A stretch of DNA of 64,000 nt from assembly GCA_004022145.1 (NCBI GenBank), contig RCNU01000001.1; one strand, given 5' to 3'. Made by a program: the position numbers and the translations under genes. Below are positions 51,863-64,000 of the stretch, one piece after another. The notes below the pieces were generated by a model. That model saw only the letters and a program-made list of their open reading frames with translations, had not been told where the DNA came from and made no database searches. Origin of the DNA: Paecilomyces variotii (taxonomy: Eukaryota). Numbering within the stretch: position 1 is the stretch's first letter; each line of letters begins with the position of its first letter.

Positions 51863-54060
51863 ATGGCGCGTCAGTCGAGGGATATGGCGTCCAAGCCCTT
51901 CGCTTGGACGACCATCTTGTACTTACTGCTTGTCTTTATTGCTCCTCTGGCATTCCTGGGAACTGCCAACGCCTCTGATGATGTACAGGACAACTATGGA
52001 ACTGGTATGTCTCTCTATTGCACAAATAAAAGATTGATAACAATGCTGACCAGAGCCCCGAAACAGTTATCGGTATCGATTTGGGAACAACCTACTCTTG
52101 TGTCGGTGTGATGCAGAATGGAAAGGTCGAGATTCTGGTGAACGATCAGGGTAACCGTATCACTCCTTCGTACGTGGCCTTCACGGACGAGGAGCGTCTG
52201 GTCGGTGATGCCGCGAAGAACCAATACGCATCGAACCCTACGCGGACTATCTTCGATATCAAGTAAGTGTGGTTCCGGGGAAATAGTCGTCTTGAGCTGT
52301 GCAGCTAACATTTTATCTTTAAGGCGTCTGATCGGTCGCAAGTGGGATGACAAGGATGTCAAGAAAGACATCAAGAACTTCCCATTCAAGGTCACCGGAA
52401 AGGATGGTAAGCCCGTCGTTACCGTTGACGTTAAGGGCACCCCCAAGACCTTCACCCCCGAGGAGGTGTCCGCCATGGTTCTTGGAAAGATGAAGGAGAT
52501 CGCCGAGGGCTACCTCGGAAAGGCTGTCACTCACGCCGTCGTCACTGTTCCCGCCTACTTCAACGACGCCCAGAGACAGGCCACCAAGGATGCCGGTACC
52601 ATCGCCGGTCTCAACGTTCTCCGTATCGTCAACGAACCTACCGCCGCCGCTATCGCCTACGGTCTAGACAAGACTGGTGATGAGCGCCAGATCATTGTCT
52701 ATGATCTGGGTGGTGGTACTTTCGATGTCTCCCTCCTGTCTATTGACAACGGCGTTTTCGAGGTCCTGGCTACCGCTGGTGACACTCACCTGGGTGGTGA
52801 GGACTTTGACCACCGTGTCATGGACCACTTCGTCAAGCTATACAACAAGAAGCACAATGTCGACATCACCAAGGACCTGAAGACCATGGGTAAGCTGAAG
52901 CGTGAGGTTGAGAAGGCCAAACGTACTCTGTCTTCCCAGATGTCTACCCGCATTGAAATCGAAGCTTTCCACGAGGGCAAGGACTTCTCCGAGACCCTGA
53001 CTCGTGCCAAGTTTGAGGAGCTGAACATGGATCTGTTCAAGCGCACCCTGAAGCCCGTCGAGCAGGTTCTGAAGGATGCCAAGGTTAAGAAGGCCGACAT
53101 CAACGACATTGTTCTTGTCGGTGGTTCTACCCGTATTCCCAAGGTCCAGGCTCTCCTCGAGGAGTTCTTCGGTGGCAAGAAGGCCAGCAAGGGTATCAAC
53201 CCCGATGAGGCCGTCGCCTTCGGTGCCGCCGTCCAGGGTGGTGTCCTTTCCGGTGAGGAGGGAACCTCTGAGGTTGTTCTCATGGATGTCAATCCTCTTA
53301 CCTTGGGTATTGAGACCACTGGCGGTGTCATGACCAAGCTGATCCCTCGTAACACTGTTATCCCCACTCGCAAGTCCCAGATCTTCTCGACGGCGGCCGA
53401 CAACCAGCCCACCGTGCTGATCCAGGTCTACGAGGGAGAGCGCTCCATGACCAAGGACAACAACTTGCTGGGCAAGTTCGAGCTGACCGGTATTCCCCCG
53501 GCTCCTCGTGGCGTCCCCCAGATTGAGGTCTCCTTCGACCTCGATGCCAACGGTATCCTGAGGGTCAGCGCCAGCGACAAGGGCACTGGCAAGTCGGAGT
53601 CCATCACCATCACCAACGACAAGGGCCGCCTGTCTCAGGAGGAGATCGACCGCATGGTTGCCGAGGCTGAGGAATTTGCCGAGGAAGACAAGGCTGCCAA
53701 GGGCAAGATCGAGGCTCGCAACGCACTGGAGAACTACGCCTTCAGTCTGAAGAACCAGGTCAACGACGAGAACGGTCTTGGTGGCAAGCTCGACGAGGAT
53801 GACAAGCAGACTGTAAGTTTTGACACGATTTTCTTTGTCTTTTTCTCTGGGATATGCTTACTAACTCTTGGTTATAGATCCTGGATGCTGTCAAGGAGGT
53901 CACTGACTGGCTTGATGAGAACGGTGCCTCGGCCACCACCGAGGACTTCGAGGAGCAGAGGGAGCAGCTGTCCAGCGTTGCCTACCCAATCACCAGCAAG
54001 CTTTACGGTGCTGGTGAGGCTGACGAGGACGACGAGCCTCACGGCCATGACGAACTGTAG
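51863..54060 (+). CDS. bipA: ER Hsp70 chaperone BiP/Kar2
   Basis: Signal peptide, [21 protein letters not shown] and [11 protein letters not shown] motifs; C-terminal HDEL* ending at 54060. Confidence 0.98.
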
Positions 54061-54287
54061 GATTATTTAGAGGGCATTATGGAGTTCTGAGTGCTTTTTC
54101 GTGATTCCATCTTTTGTATGCATTAGGAAACGCTGCGTCTTGCAGGTCTCTGGGAGCAACAGCAGAAGAATATGATACCTTAATCATGTTTGGTTAGATG
54201 TGTATAATGTCGCGTAATGGCCTGTTCATTGTTTCCCACATATATCGGGAAGTAAAATCCATGTCTGGTAGTTATAATAATCGAGTT

Positions 54288-55148
54288 TTATTGTCCACCC
54301 TGCTCGATGAACGCCTTGACTGTCTCCACGATAACCTGATGGTCATCCTGCTGCTTCAAGCCACTCACTACTATCACACCCACAATGCCAGCGACTCCCT
54401 TGACACGCACAGGGAACCCACCCCCATGAATCGCATAATCGTCCGGGATATCCCCGCCATTCGAGCTCTTCAGAGCGTACTTCCTCACAAACGCCGCCTC
54501 CACATTTGCCTCAGTACCTCCCAGCCCCGCGACCATCTTGCGTCTCAGCAACCAAGTAGACGAACCCCATCGAAGGACGGCATTCCGCTTGCGTCGCACC
54601 CAATGGTCGTTATCAGGGACAGTACCCGGTTCGGTGGCACACTGGAATATCACATGCGGTTCGGGCCCGTTCAGCGCAATGGAGATCAGGGCTGGTTTGC
54701 GCTGGTCATCGGGAAGAGAGAGGATTCGAGAGCGGAGGGCCAGGCCGAGAGACCATGCCGTAGTGGCTGTGAACGAGGGGAAGATTGCGCTGGGTGAGGT
54801 TTCTTGGAGGGCGAGTTCGGTGGGCTGTTTTTTTTTTTTTTTTAATGATGTTAGCTTAGCTCCAGTTGTGTATTATTGTTTAAGGTAAACTAGTATTTCA
54901 ATTGCATATTTTAGATAGTGTTAATGGAAGATTAATGCTCTGGGATCTCATATAAATGAGTAGTAATAAATGCTGAAGCAATTGTACAGTACAGTACATA
55001 GCTATAGGTACACAGGGCAGTATGAAAGACCACTACCCCGCAGAGCAATCGAGATAGACATGCTTTGAACCTCAATTGGGGGGGCTTTTTGATTGATACT
55101 TACATCCGTCGCCGCCGCACCGAGCCGTCCTTCTAGCTTGGCTGCCAT
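54288..55148 (-). CDS. UPF0303/DUF336 (GlcG/HbpS-like, YBR137W-type) protein, 2 exons
   Basis: MAAKLEGRLGAAATD/PTELALQETSPSAIFPSFTATTAWSLGLALR...PDNDHWVRRKRNAVLRWGSST...YAIHGGGFPVRV...VSGLKQQDDH. Intron 55103-54825. Confidence 0.82.
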
Positions 55149-55749
55149 GTTTGGTGATGTCCAAAGGGAACGTAATTCGACGACTGCAATGTTGTTAAGT
55201 CTGCAGGATGTTGGAGTTTCCAGACGCGGGGAACTCTGCGGGCCCGGTGAAGCTAACTTAGTTATATGATTAATTTGGATGAGATGAGTCAGCATACATC
55301 TATTTCATAGAATTCTATAGAAGGAGTTTATGGGTTATATAGTTAGGTATGCTTGGAAAAAGAGATAAACTGTAGGCTAGAATAAGACTGCATGGATGAT
55401 GATGGATTTGCGATCTATGTGTATAGACCCTGCAAAGCAGAAAGTATTTTGCACGCCCTGCGATCTGCCCCTCTTCCCCCGCTCAGAACCCCGAGTTCTC
55501 CTTCGGTCTGGACTAGAAAGACAGTCTGTTCTGCTTCGTTGGCAGCAAGACTGTCTGCGAACTCGTGACTCTGTTTCAACGCTTCTGTGTATGAATTGAA
55601 TCTGTTATATTTATAATACCCCCGATTAACTTAGTGGCTCACTGTATATATATAAATTCCATGTCCCCGAATCCCTTTTTGCTTGATGCTATTTAGCCAG
55701 AAACTACATATTAATATTAACTGAATTCTTTCATCTTATAAGCCAACCC

Positions 55750-57438
55750 ATGAAACGGGCCTGTGATTCCTGCATTTCTCGCAAAGTCCGGTGCGACGGT
55801 GCGCAACCGTGTCGCTCATGCTTATCCTCAAGCAAGAAAATCGACTGTACTTATTTGAAACCGGCACGAAAGCGAGGTCCGAAGTCGAGGCGTATTTCTC
55901 GAGTTCTAGCCACCGCTGTTAATGCGAGATGGGCTACAAACGATGAGTTAGATGTGGTGGATGCGTCGCAGAATGTTGAGTCGGAGTCCGATGCCGTGGG
56001 GGCGAGATTCCTGGACCCGACTACAGTGGTTGACTCTTCGACTCATGGAGAGGTTTCATGGGATATAACTAATCTGCCTGCTAACTCCATGACTGCATGT
56101 GTGTCCTCGATGGCCCTTGAGACAATTATACATGAGTATCGATCGAAATCGTACAGTGTCTGGCCGGTAGTCAAGGCGGAAGGGCTGCTTGAACGAGTTC
56201 AAGATGGCGGAAATGACCCAGGCACATATTGCCTTGCAACGGCGCTCTGTGCTGCGACCATGGCGCAGTTGGATCTTCCGCCCATTGAACAGGACAGCAA
56301 CATAGTAGACGGTGCCGTGCTGGCTGGCGAATGCATCAGGGTTCGAGAGCAGAGCCATTATAGAGAACATCTTGATCTGCGGAGCGTTCTGGCCTCGTTC
56401 TTCCTCCACGTCTATCATGCCAAGGTGAACAAGCGCAACTCTGCGCTGATATTCATCCAAGAGGCGATTTCGTGTGCAAGGCTTCTGAGGCTGGATTGTG
56501 ATGAGATCATGTCGGAAGTTGCTTCAGATGTGGTTGATAATGAAGGTATATTGTTTTTATTACTCTGGGTTTCGGAAAGGTATGTCCTTTTCTGATGATA
56601 TAAACGAAAATAATTCACCTGATATGCCTTCAGAGGATACGCTATGCATCTAGGATTATCGCCTTCTTACGCCGATATTGTAAAGCTGCCAGACGCGAGC
56701 GCCATATCTGACAATGTCCACGTTCAAGGACTGTTGGAACTAGCTAGGCTATTCGTTGCCTTCGCACAATGCATCGCATCTAATAGCTCATACCCCTTCA
56801 CAGACAAACTTGTCACAACAGAAGATTTCCTCCACGGCCTATCCATGCAGCGAGACCAGGCTGCATTCGTTCGGTTGGCAGACTATCATATAACCAAAGA
56901 ATGGATGCGGACCATCATCTGGCAGCAAGCACTCTCCTTAGGACTACTCTCTTCAACTTCTTATAATGCACTAATGACATTTACTTTTCCTTCCTATGTT
57001 GGTCGTGATCTCTTAAGCTCACTGAAGGACTACAATGCCGAGGATCTCCTCCCACTTGGTCGGGACCAGGTACGTTCTCCATCCTTAACTCTTCTTTAGT
57101 TCTGTATAACTGATGACAAACAACAGCTCTTGAAATGCTTCGAAGTGGCAAATTCACTAGCAGACACTTTACTGTGTAATCCAGCTGTATCTGCAGATTC
57201 CCGTTTCCGTCTTGGACCGCTGGAATTCCTGCACGGGTTATATCAGAAATTGTCACCTTTTCTTGAGCAGGATCCGATACTGGATTCGATATTGCGCCAG
57301 AAAACTGCAGAAGCGCTTCTGAGAGCTCCTTCGCGTCTGTGGACGCTTGATATTGAGAGTACGCATGCGGGTGTAATGGACGATAAGGAGGGAAAATCTC
57401 GACCGGTCAATTTGTCATTTAATATGCCTATCCATTGA
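55750..57438 (+). CDS. Zn(II)2Cys6 transcription factor, AmyR/MalR/InuR-like, 3 exons
   Basis: CDSCISRKVRCDGAQPCRSC..IDC followed by RKRGPK; spliced LWVSER/GYAM and GRDQ/LLKCFEVANSLAD segments are typical of sugar-regulator C6 factors. Confidence 0.88.
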
Positions 57439-57549
57439 TGGAATAGATGCGTTTTCCATATTGGATGATCGGGATGTGTGTGTATAAACCCCAATTCCAG
57501 AGAATTATACCATAATGATTGGCCACTACTCTGACGAAAAATAATATCC

Positions 57550-58889
57550 CTAATCAGCAGCAATTTTCAGCACAATTCTTCCCGAAATATCCCCATTCTC
57601 CATCTCCTCATACACTTTCGGAAGCTCCCTAAATGGCCTAACTATCACATTCGGCTTCACTATACCCCGTCTCACTAACCTCACCGCTTCCATACACTCA
57701 CTTAACGAACCAACCAAATTGCCCGTAATCTTCAATCCCTTGATCACAATCGTCGAAATCGGCGTCTCCAAATGCGGCCTACCAGGAGGTATGCCCACAC
57801 AACTAAGCGTTCCTCCCACTCTCAGCATTTCCGCCGCATGGCTAAAGGCTTTTGCGTTTCCGGCAGTGACGATTACAGCGTGAGCACCGCCGTTTGTGAT
57901 TTCTTTCACTTTCTCAATGGGATCTGTTAGTGCGAAGTCGATAAAGTCTTTGGCGCCGAGGGACAGGACGAAGTCTCGTTTCTCGGCGCCTGTGTCGACG
58001 CCGAGGACGGAGGCGCCTTGGGCTTTGGCGTATTGGACTGTATGGGTGGGTTAGTTGTATCATGGAATGGGCTGATGAATTGCTTTCTGTGATATTCTAT
58101 TCCTTGAATAGACATGCCCTCTAGTACTCACCGGCTAAATGCCCCAATCCACCCCCTGCACCTACGACGACAATCCACTGTCCCGCTCTAACGTTTGCAT
58201 TCAGCACTGCCTGAAACATCATCAGCCTTAATCTCCCATTCTATTCTCCAGACACGACCAAAGAAACAGACTTTATAAGCCGTAACGCCCGCACAAAGCA
58301 CAGGTCCAATAACCACCGGGTCCACATCCTGCGGCAATAGCGTCAAATAACCCGCATCGAGGGCAATATATTCCTGAAAACTCCCATCTTCATGATGTAG
58401 ATGATTCGTGCTTCGGACACAATACTGCTCTGTGCCAGCGAGACAGAACTCACATCGTCGACAGATTCGACTTGAAAAGCGAATGCCGACGAGATCGCCA
58501 ATGTGGAGGTCTGGGTCGTTCTCACATCCGGGACCTAGGGAGACGATACGCCCGACTCCCTCGTGGCCGCCGATGTGGGGGAGCTTGATCTGAGTTATGG
58601 GAGTCCCGTCTGCGCTGGCAGCAGTGCCGGATTTGGTATGTAGGTCTGTAGTTTTTCATTCGTTGGTTACTCATTGGTTATCTGAATGGTGATTCAGATC
58701 GGTTCGATGGGGTCTTATATGCATACCGCTCTGACATACCCCCGTGTAGAGGACTTTGGCTAAGACTTCATTCGGACCAGGGACAGGGACGGGATAGTCA
58801 TCTTTAAACTCGACGGGTCCGCCAATTTCACGGACTAGAGCGACAGTTTGGGCTTTTGGGATTGAGTCGGGGGGTATGTGAGAGCCCAT
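57550..58889 (-). CDS. Zn-dependent medium-chain alcohol dehydrogenase (probably NAD+-specific)
   Basis: GVCQSDLH, GGHEGVG, structural Zn CRRCEFC..QYC, LCAGVTAYK, Rossmann GAGGGLG, acidic VDTG, C-terminal GRIVL. Confidence 0.92.
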
Positions 58890-60372
58890 TGTTCCTGCTT
58901 TCTTCTTTAGAGAGAATACCTGTTATAAAGAATTTTTTTTTGTCTGGAAGATAGATGCTTTCTTCGGATATAATGATCTTTCTGATGAAAAAAAAGAAAA
59001 AAAAAAGGATTATATACCTGAGGTCTCCTCCCCACATAGCATTGTAGGACGAAGGAGAAATAACTATCACGCATAAAACCATAAATTCCCCAAACCATTC
59101 TTAGAACGAACGATCCGATGAATCCGTACACATTGCATGCAGATCCATCATAGCTTATAGCACACGAAGGCCGGAATAATCTCCACATTTGACCATCGAC
59201 ATTGGGATTCCGACTAATCAGACAGAAAGAAACGCGACTTGGTTCGCGGGACATCAAGTACATCCCCGCAGTTTCTCCGTCTGATCGCTATGTTCGGGGA
59301 AATAGGATGTAGGGATATATGCGTTTTGTTTCTTCATGGTGTGGTACCGATACCTATAGATGGATTACTGTTAGATGATTTTGCATCATATGGGCTAAGT
59401 AGGTAATCATCAGAATTCTCCCGAAGCTTTCTTGGTCTATGTGTGGAACTACATTTCTCGATTCATAAGTCCTTATTGTAATAATAAAAACGATAAAATC
59501 AAACTGAATACAACTTAGTTACTTCCTCGCCCTTTGGTAGATTTTCCTAAGCTTCACGATAACTAATCTGCAAATATACCTAACTACCCCGCCTTTGCAG
59601 ATGCAGGTCACAAGTCGCCGGGATCTTGCAGGAGATGTTAGGATTAATTAGTCAACTTGACGGGTAATGCCGAAGGTCTATATTACACTCTTTACTTTAT
59701 CCAGATAGTAGGACACGATATTCATGTCCTAACCATGTCTATTAATCAGAAAATCTTATCGAATTTATGTAGGATTATGGCCATCTCAATGCGAATCTTC
59801 ATCATTTCGCTATCTTTGAGATAATTAAGGGCTTTCTGCAATATATGGATACATGCATACAGTTCACGTATAATCCACATATTTCCATGTAGAGGGACAA
59901 GAAGTATGTAGAGTAGGTAGCTAGGTACTTATTTTATTAACGTCGAGCTAAAGTTTCCCCGACGCTAAAAATGCAATTTCTCCGCAAAACTTTACGACGC
60001 GAGGTGCCCGGGGTCAGAGCCAGATATTCGCAGAACTTTATTTTGGGGCTTGTTAGTTTGATTTATGTGACATCTTTTTGATGAAACGATCCTAGGAGGT
60101 TGGTTCGAGGAGTGACCTAGGCTCCGCAAGGGAGGGGGGTTGGTCGATTATTCCGAGGAATTGTCCGAAGATGACAAGGCGATATGCTTTTGTGGGGGTT
60201 GTAATTTGTATTTATTGATATTGTTCACATCATCTCTACGAGGATTGAGAAACATGAGAAACTGTTGATAATTCGGAGAAATAGTGATTGATTGGACTAG
60301 AACCACATACTATATCATCAGATCATACAGGTCATTATAGAGTGGGAAGGCTTTCTAATTTCCTGATCCGTA

Positions 60373-62011
60373 TTATTGGTCCCGCGATTCGGCCTTTGCA
60401 GATATTTCGGCCGCTTCAATATCCTTCTTCTCCACGTCCTTGCCTTCAGCTTCGTCGTGGCCGGCGAAAACACCTTGCATCTCTTCTAGGGAGTAGCCGG
60501 AGGTCTGGTGAACAACTTGTCAGTAAAGTTAATCATTTCAAGACGGTGAGTTGGGAAACACACCTCTTTTAGGAAGAACCAGGAATATACTATAATTGCG
60601 TAGTTGAAAATGGCAAACATTAAAAATGTCCTCCATCCAATGTTGGTAATGGCATGAGGTGTCATCTGCGACATGACAAAGTTGAATAGCCATTGCGACG
60701 CGCTGCCAATGGCGAGACCAACTTCTCGAGTTCGGTTGGAGAATATTTCACCCAGGTATAACCAGGGCAGAGGGCCCCAGGACATGTTGTAGCTGAACGC
60801 CTCTGCGTAAGTCATGATAACCGCCGCAATTCCGGCCTTCGATGCTCCATGCTGGGCTGCTGTGGCACTAGGCGGGTGCGTGGCTACGATGAGAGCCATG
60901 ATAAGCATGAAGGAGCCCATGGAAAATGCTCCCACCATGAATGGAACGCGACGGCCGACACGGTCAAGGACGAAGAGCTGGAAGACAATCACTCCGACTA
61001 CCTTGACGACACCGAAGAAGCCTGTCACGAACATGTTGTTATTGCCTGCGCCCACGGTAGAGAAGATCTGAGCAGCATAATAAGCCAGCGATGTGTTTCC
61101 GGTCAGTTGAGCGCATAATTGGATGGTGATTGCAATGAAGATACGATATCTGTTTGCCGGGAGAAGGAGCTCTTTCAGACTGAATCCCTCCTTGACGCGG
61201 GCTTCTTCCTCGAGACCGGCAAGGATTTCGTCAAATTCCACTTGCAGCTCTTCAGTCTCTTGGCCTCCACGGACCCATTTCAATGACTCCCTGGCCTTTT
61301 CTATCTTGCCCTTCTGCGCAAGCCAACGTGCACTTTCTTTCACCGTGCACATGCCGATTAGCAGCAGGCCAACGGGCAGAAACTGGAGGCCCAGAGGGAT
61401 CTGCCATTGCCTGGTGACTTTCGGTTGATCGATACCGACCGCATAGGTCACCCAGTACGAGACCATGACTCCGGTCGCAAAGAAGAGCTGGAAGCATGCA
61501 CCCAGCCTGCCTCGGATGTCTTTGGGTGCCATTTCTGCGGTATACATCGGGATCAGCACCGTCGCGGCTCCGATTCCCAGTCCAGCAATCACTCTCCCTC
61601 CATAGAACACGCCAATCGAATGTGAATTGACGACCTGGAGAATGGTGCCGATGATAAAGACGATAGAACTGACCATGAGACCTCCGCGTCGACCGATCCA
61701 GTTGGTGATTGGCCAGATGAAAAAGCAGCCAAAGAAAGCGCCGCCTTGGAGGATTGAGACTGCATTGGAATTGACGTTGGTTTTTTGCTTCTTTGTGTAT
61801 CTGAAGTCTTCCTCGAACGAGGTCAGGGTAAGAACGCCGCCTGTCAGATCGAGTTAGTGAGAATTGCTCTTTGCAATATGTCCATATCCATATCCAGAGA
61901 TCAGACGCTCAACATACTGATCACCCCAGTATCATAGGCAAAGGCAAATGAACCCATGCAAGCGATACAAACGAGGTAAATGGCCCTGAAAAGGCCAAGT
62001 CTGCGGCCCAT
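60373..62011 (-). CDS. MFS sugar-porter family transporter (quinate-permease-like), 3 exons
   Basis: AFAYDTGVI, WIGRRG, GRVIAGLGIG, YTAEMAPKDIRGRL, KESARWL, QLTGNTSLAYYA, SWGPLPWLYLGEIF and KE/TSGYSLEEM motifs. Confidence 0.92.
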
Positions 62012-63334
62012 CTTAGCGGTGGATGCTTGGTCACAACAAGCGTTAGATTGTTGGGTTCTTCCGCACTCGGAAAGGGACGTCAGTATGGCGGGCGAGCTGT
62101 GATGTATCCTCTGTTACCGGGAGTACTCCTGGCTTGATCCAGAGCAAGATGTCTCAAGATGGAGAAACGGCGACGCACACAAGTTCATCAGCTCGAGTGA
62201 TCACAAAGGAAGATTTTAAAAAGTCGCAGCAGATGAATACAAAATGCCAGATCCAGTTCGTCGTTCGTTTTATCCGCAAGCAGTCAAGGACGCGTCAATG
62301 GAACCTGGGAAAAGATCAGACCGTAACAGCTGACTGCACGATCCCCCACATGGATCGTGGCAATGGCTTGACTCGCTCTGAGTCGTAGTTATTATCCGAT
62401 GTTTCTGCCATGCTGAATCGCTCCTTTAGCGATCATGGGAGCCATCGAGCGGCACGAAGCGCTGGCGGGAGGGACCTGGACCATTGACAAGCCTCTCATG
62501 GTGAGCTCAATGTTCTAGGGAGCAGTTTAGGAGCAATCGAGGAGGACGCATGGACGGCAGCTCCGCGCTCGATCCCTGCGTAGTTGACTATCTTGGTTGG
62601 TTATGGATTGCAACAGGACGGCTAGAATTGCGTGCTTACGCCTATCGATAAGAACAGCTTGACGTTGAGCCACGAGTGCTTGTTTACAGCTTGAGAGATA
62701 GTTAGCAGAATCAACTCCGTACTCTCTTCTGGATCTACGGATCCCATCGTTATTCACTTCTCACTCCATGGTTGATCGAAGAGTAGTTTTATACTGCACT
62801 CGACGCTAGAGACAAGGGCCGATGCATACTAAACTAAACTAACTACCCCGCAAAATCGCCAAGCTGACCCCAGATTCTCCCCGGGGAAAATAGAACAAAC
62901 AAGTCCAGTGGTCGGGATGAGGATGCTCTTGGATGTTGATTGTCTATGAGTTTCCTCGAAGACAGAAGTCGAAACCATACTTATCTGTTTCTCTGCGACA
63001 GTGATCGGGTTTCGAAGGGAGATAGATCTTACCTACCGCACAGCTTTGCCACTAGTACTAAATATTACGGACAAGAAGTAGAGGCGCGTTATCATTAATA
63101 TCTTGGGTTCTGATTCCTACTCTAAGAGGCCTGTCGTACACATTAATATTTTTGTCAAGAAGATAGGTACTGATGACCATCTGATGTATCCCAAGCACCT
63201 TTGCCATGTTAAAAGCAACCCTCACAACCGCGAATAGCCTCTTCAGAGCAGCAAAATGCAAAATGCAAATAAACCCCTTTGCGAATGAGAAAAGGCTCGG
63301 CGACGAAAAAGATAAAAAAAAGATATCAAATCCT

Positions 63335-63425
63335 TCCCCCGAGCCGGAATCGAGCCGGCGACCTTTCGGTAACAATGGAAATTCCTATTACAGCCGAACG
63401 CCATATCCAACTAGACCATCGGGGG
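63335..63425 (-). tRNA. tRNA-Tyr(GTA) with a 17-nt intron (63371-63387)
   Basis: Acceptor stem CCCCCGA/TCGGGGG+A; anticodon stem TTCGG/CCGAA with loop CT-GTA-A[intron]A; T stem GCCGG/CCGGC; downstream oligo-T Pol III terminator. Confidence 0.88.
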
Positions 63426-64000
63426 TTTTCCGGATAATTGACGGTCCGGTATAATAACCTTTCAATTTCGAAACTTAGAGATAGTGAGCATTACAATAAT
63501 GTGTCTATGGTATGCACCCAACAGTGACCGGACCTAGACAGCCTTTGCGGCATTGAATCAAGATACAATCATCGTACGGATAACTAGAAGGGATTCCATC
63601 AAGACCTTGGACCCTGCAGTGGCAGGGACCTCTCTAGCACTTGTGATTCCACCCTTGGTGCCGAGATCAGATTAGGATCGACGCTCGGTGTGTCGGTGTC
63701 CAGGAATCCAGGAGTGCAAGTGGATAAGAGTGTCCAGGAACTAAAACCGAGTCAAATTGCCTGAGAGAGCGTCCGCTTCCAACGGCCAACCATAGAAGAA
63801 TGACTGGATGTTCCAAATTGCAAATGCGTTCCTGAGACCGGTAAGCCCTGTTCTTCTCACTTGATGTTATCAAAAAAGCTGTCTCTAGCTGTCGAGAATG
63901 GCGCATTGTTAATCAGCGGTCAGTTCGCAATGGAACAGACTCTATTTGGTGCAAAAGATGATCAGTGCCTGTCGATCCACTCTCTTTCAAGAAGGCCGAT

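Noticed and set aside
52786..53412. 208-aa antisense ORF inside bipA (and similar antisense or shifted ORFs over vps27, scp160, ste20, pan2 and the MFS gene)
   Set aside because: These are shadow ORFs expected from strong codon bias, well known for Hsp70 genes; they carry no independent motifs.

Overview
Intron-rich genomic DNA of a filamentous ascomycete, most likely Eurotiales (Aspergillus/Penicillium/Paecilomyces-like, judged from protein similarity and GT..CTRAC..YAG introns). The backbone is a run of conserved housekeeping genes: a Tco89-like gene (truncated by the window edge), vps27, doa4, cytochrome b5, scp160/vigilin, ste20/PAK, hse1, pan2, a cupin, hbs1(/ski7), bipA/kar2 and a UPF0303-like gene. 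Several apparently accessory blocks interrupt it. (1) An intact 9-exon chimeric terpene cyclase-prenyltransferase, very similar to variediene-synthase-type diterpene synthases, lies head-to-head with a Sec14/CRAL-TRIO lipid-binding protein and has no tailoring enzymes nearby; a purine-cytosine permease follows. (2) An orphan coiled-coil gene. (3) An intronless BAHD/Tri101-like O-acyltransferase. (4) A Zn2Cys6 regulator, a Zn-alcohol dehydrogenase and an MFS sugar-porter whose promoters share motifs, next to an intron-containing tRNA-Tyr. The most striking candidate system is the terpene synthase/Sec14 pair. The hbs1 locus also shows a cassette exon carrying Ski7-type motifs. All gene models were spliced by eye, and family calls rest on recognised motifs, not database searches.
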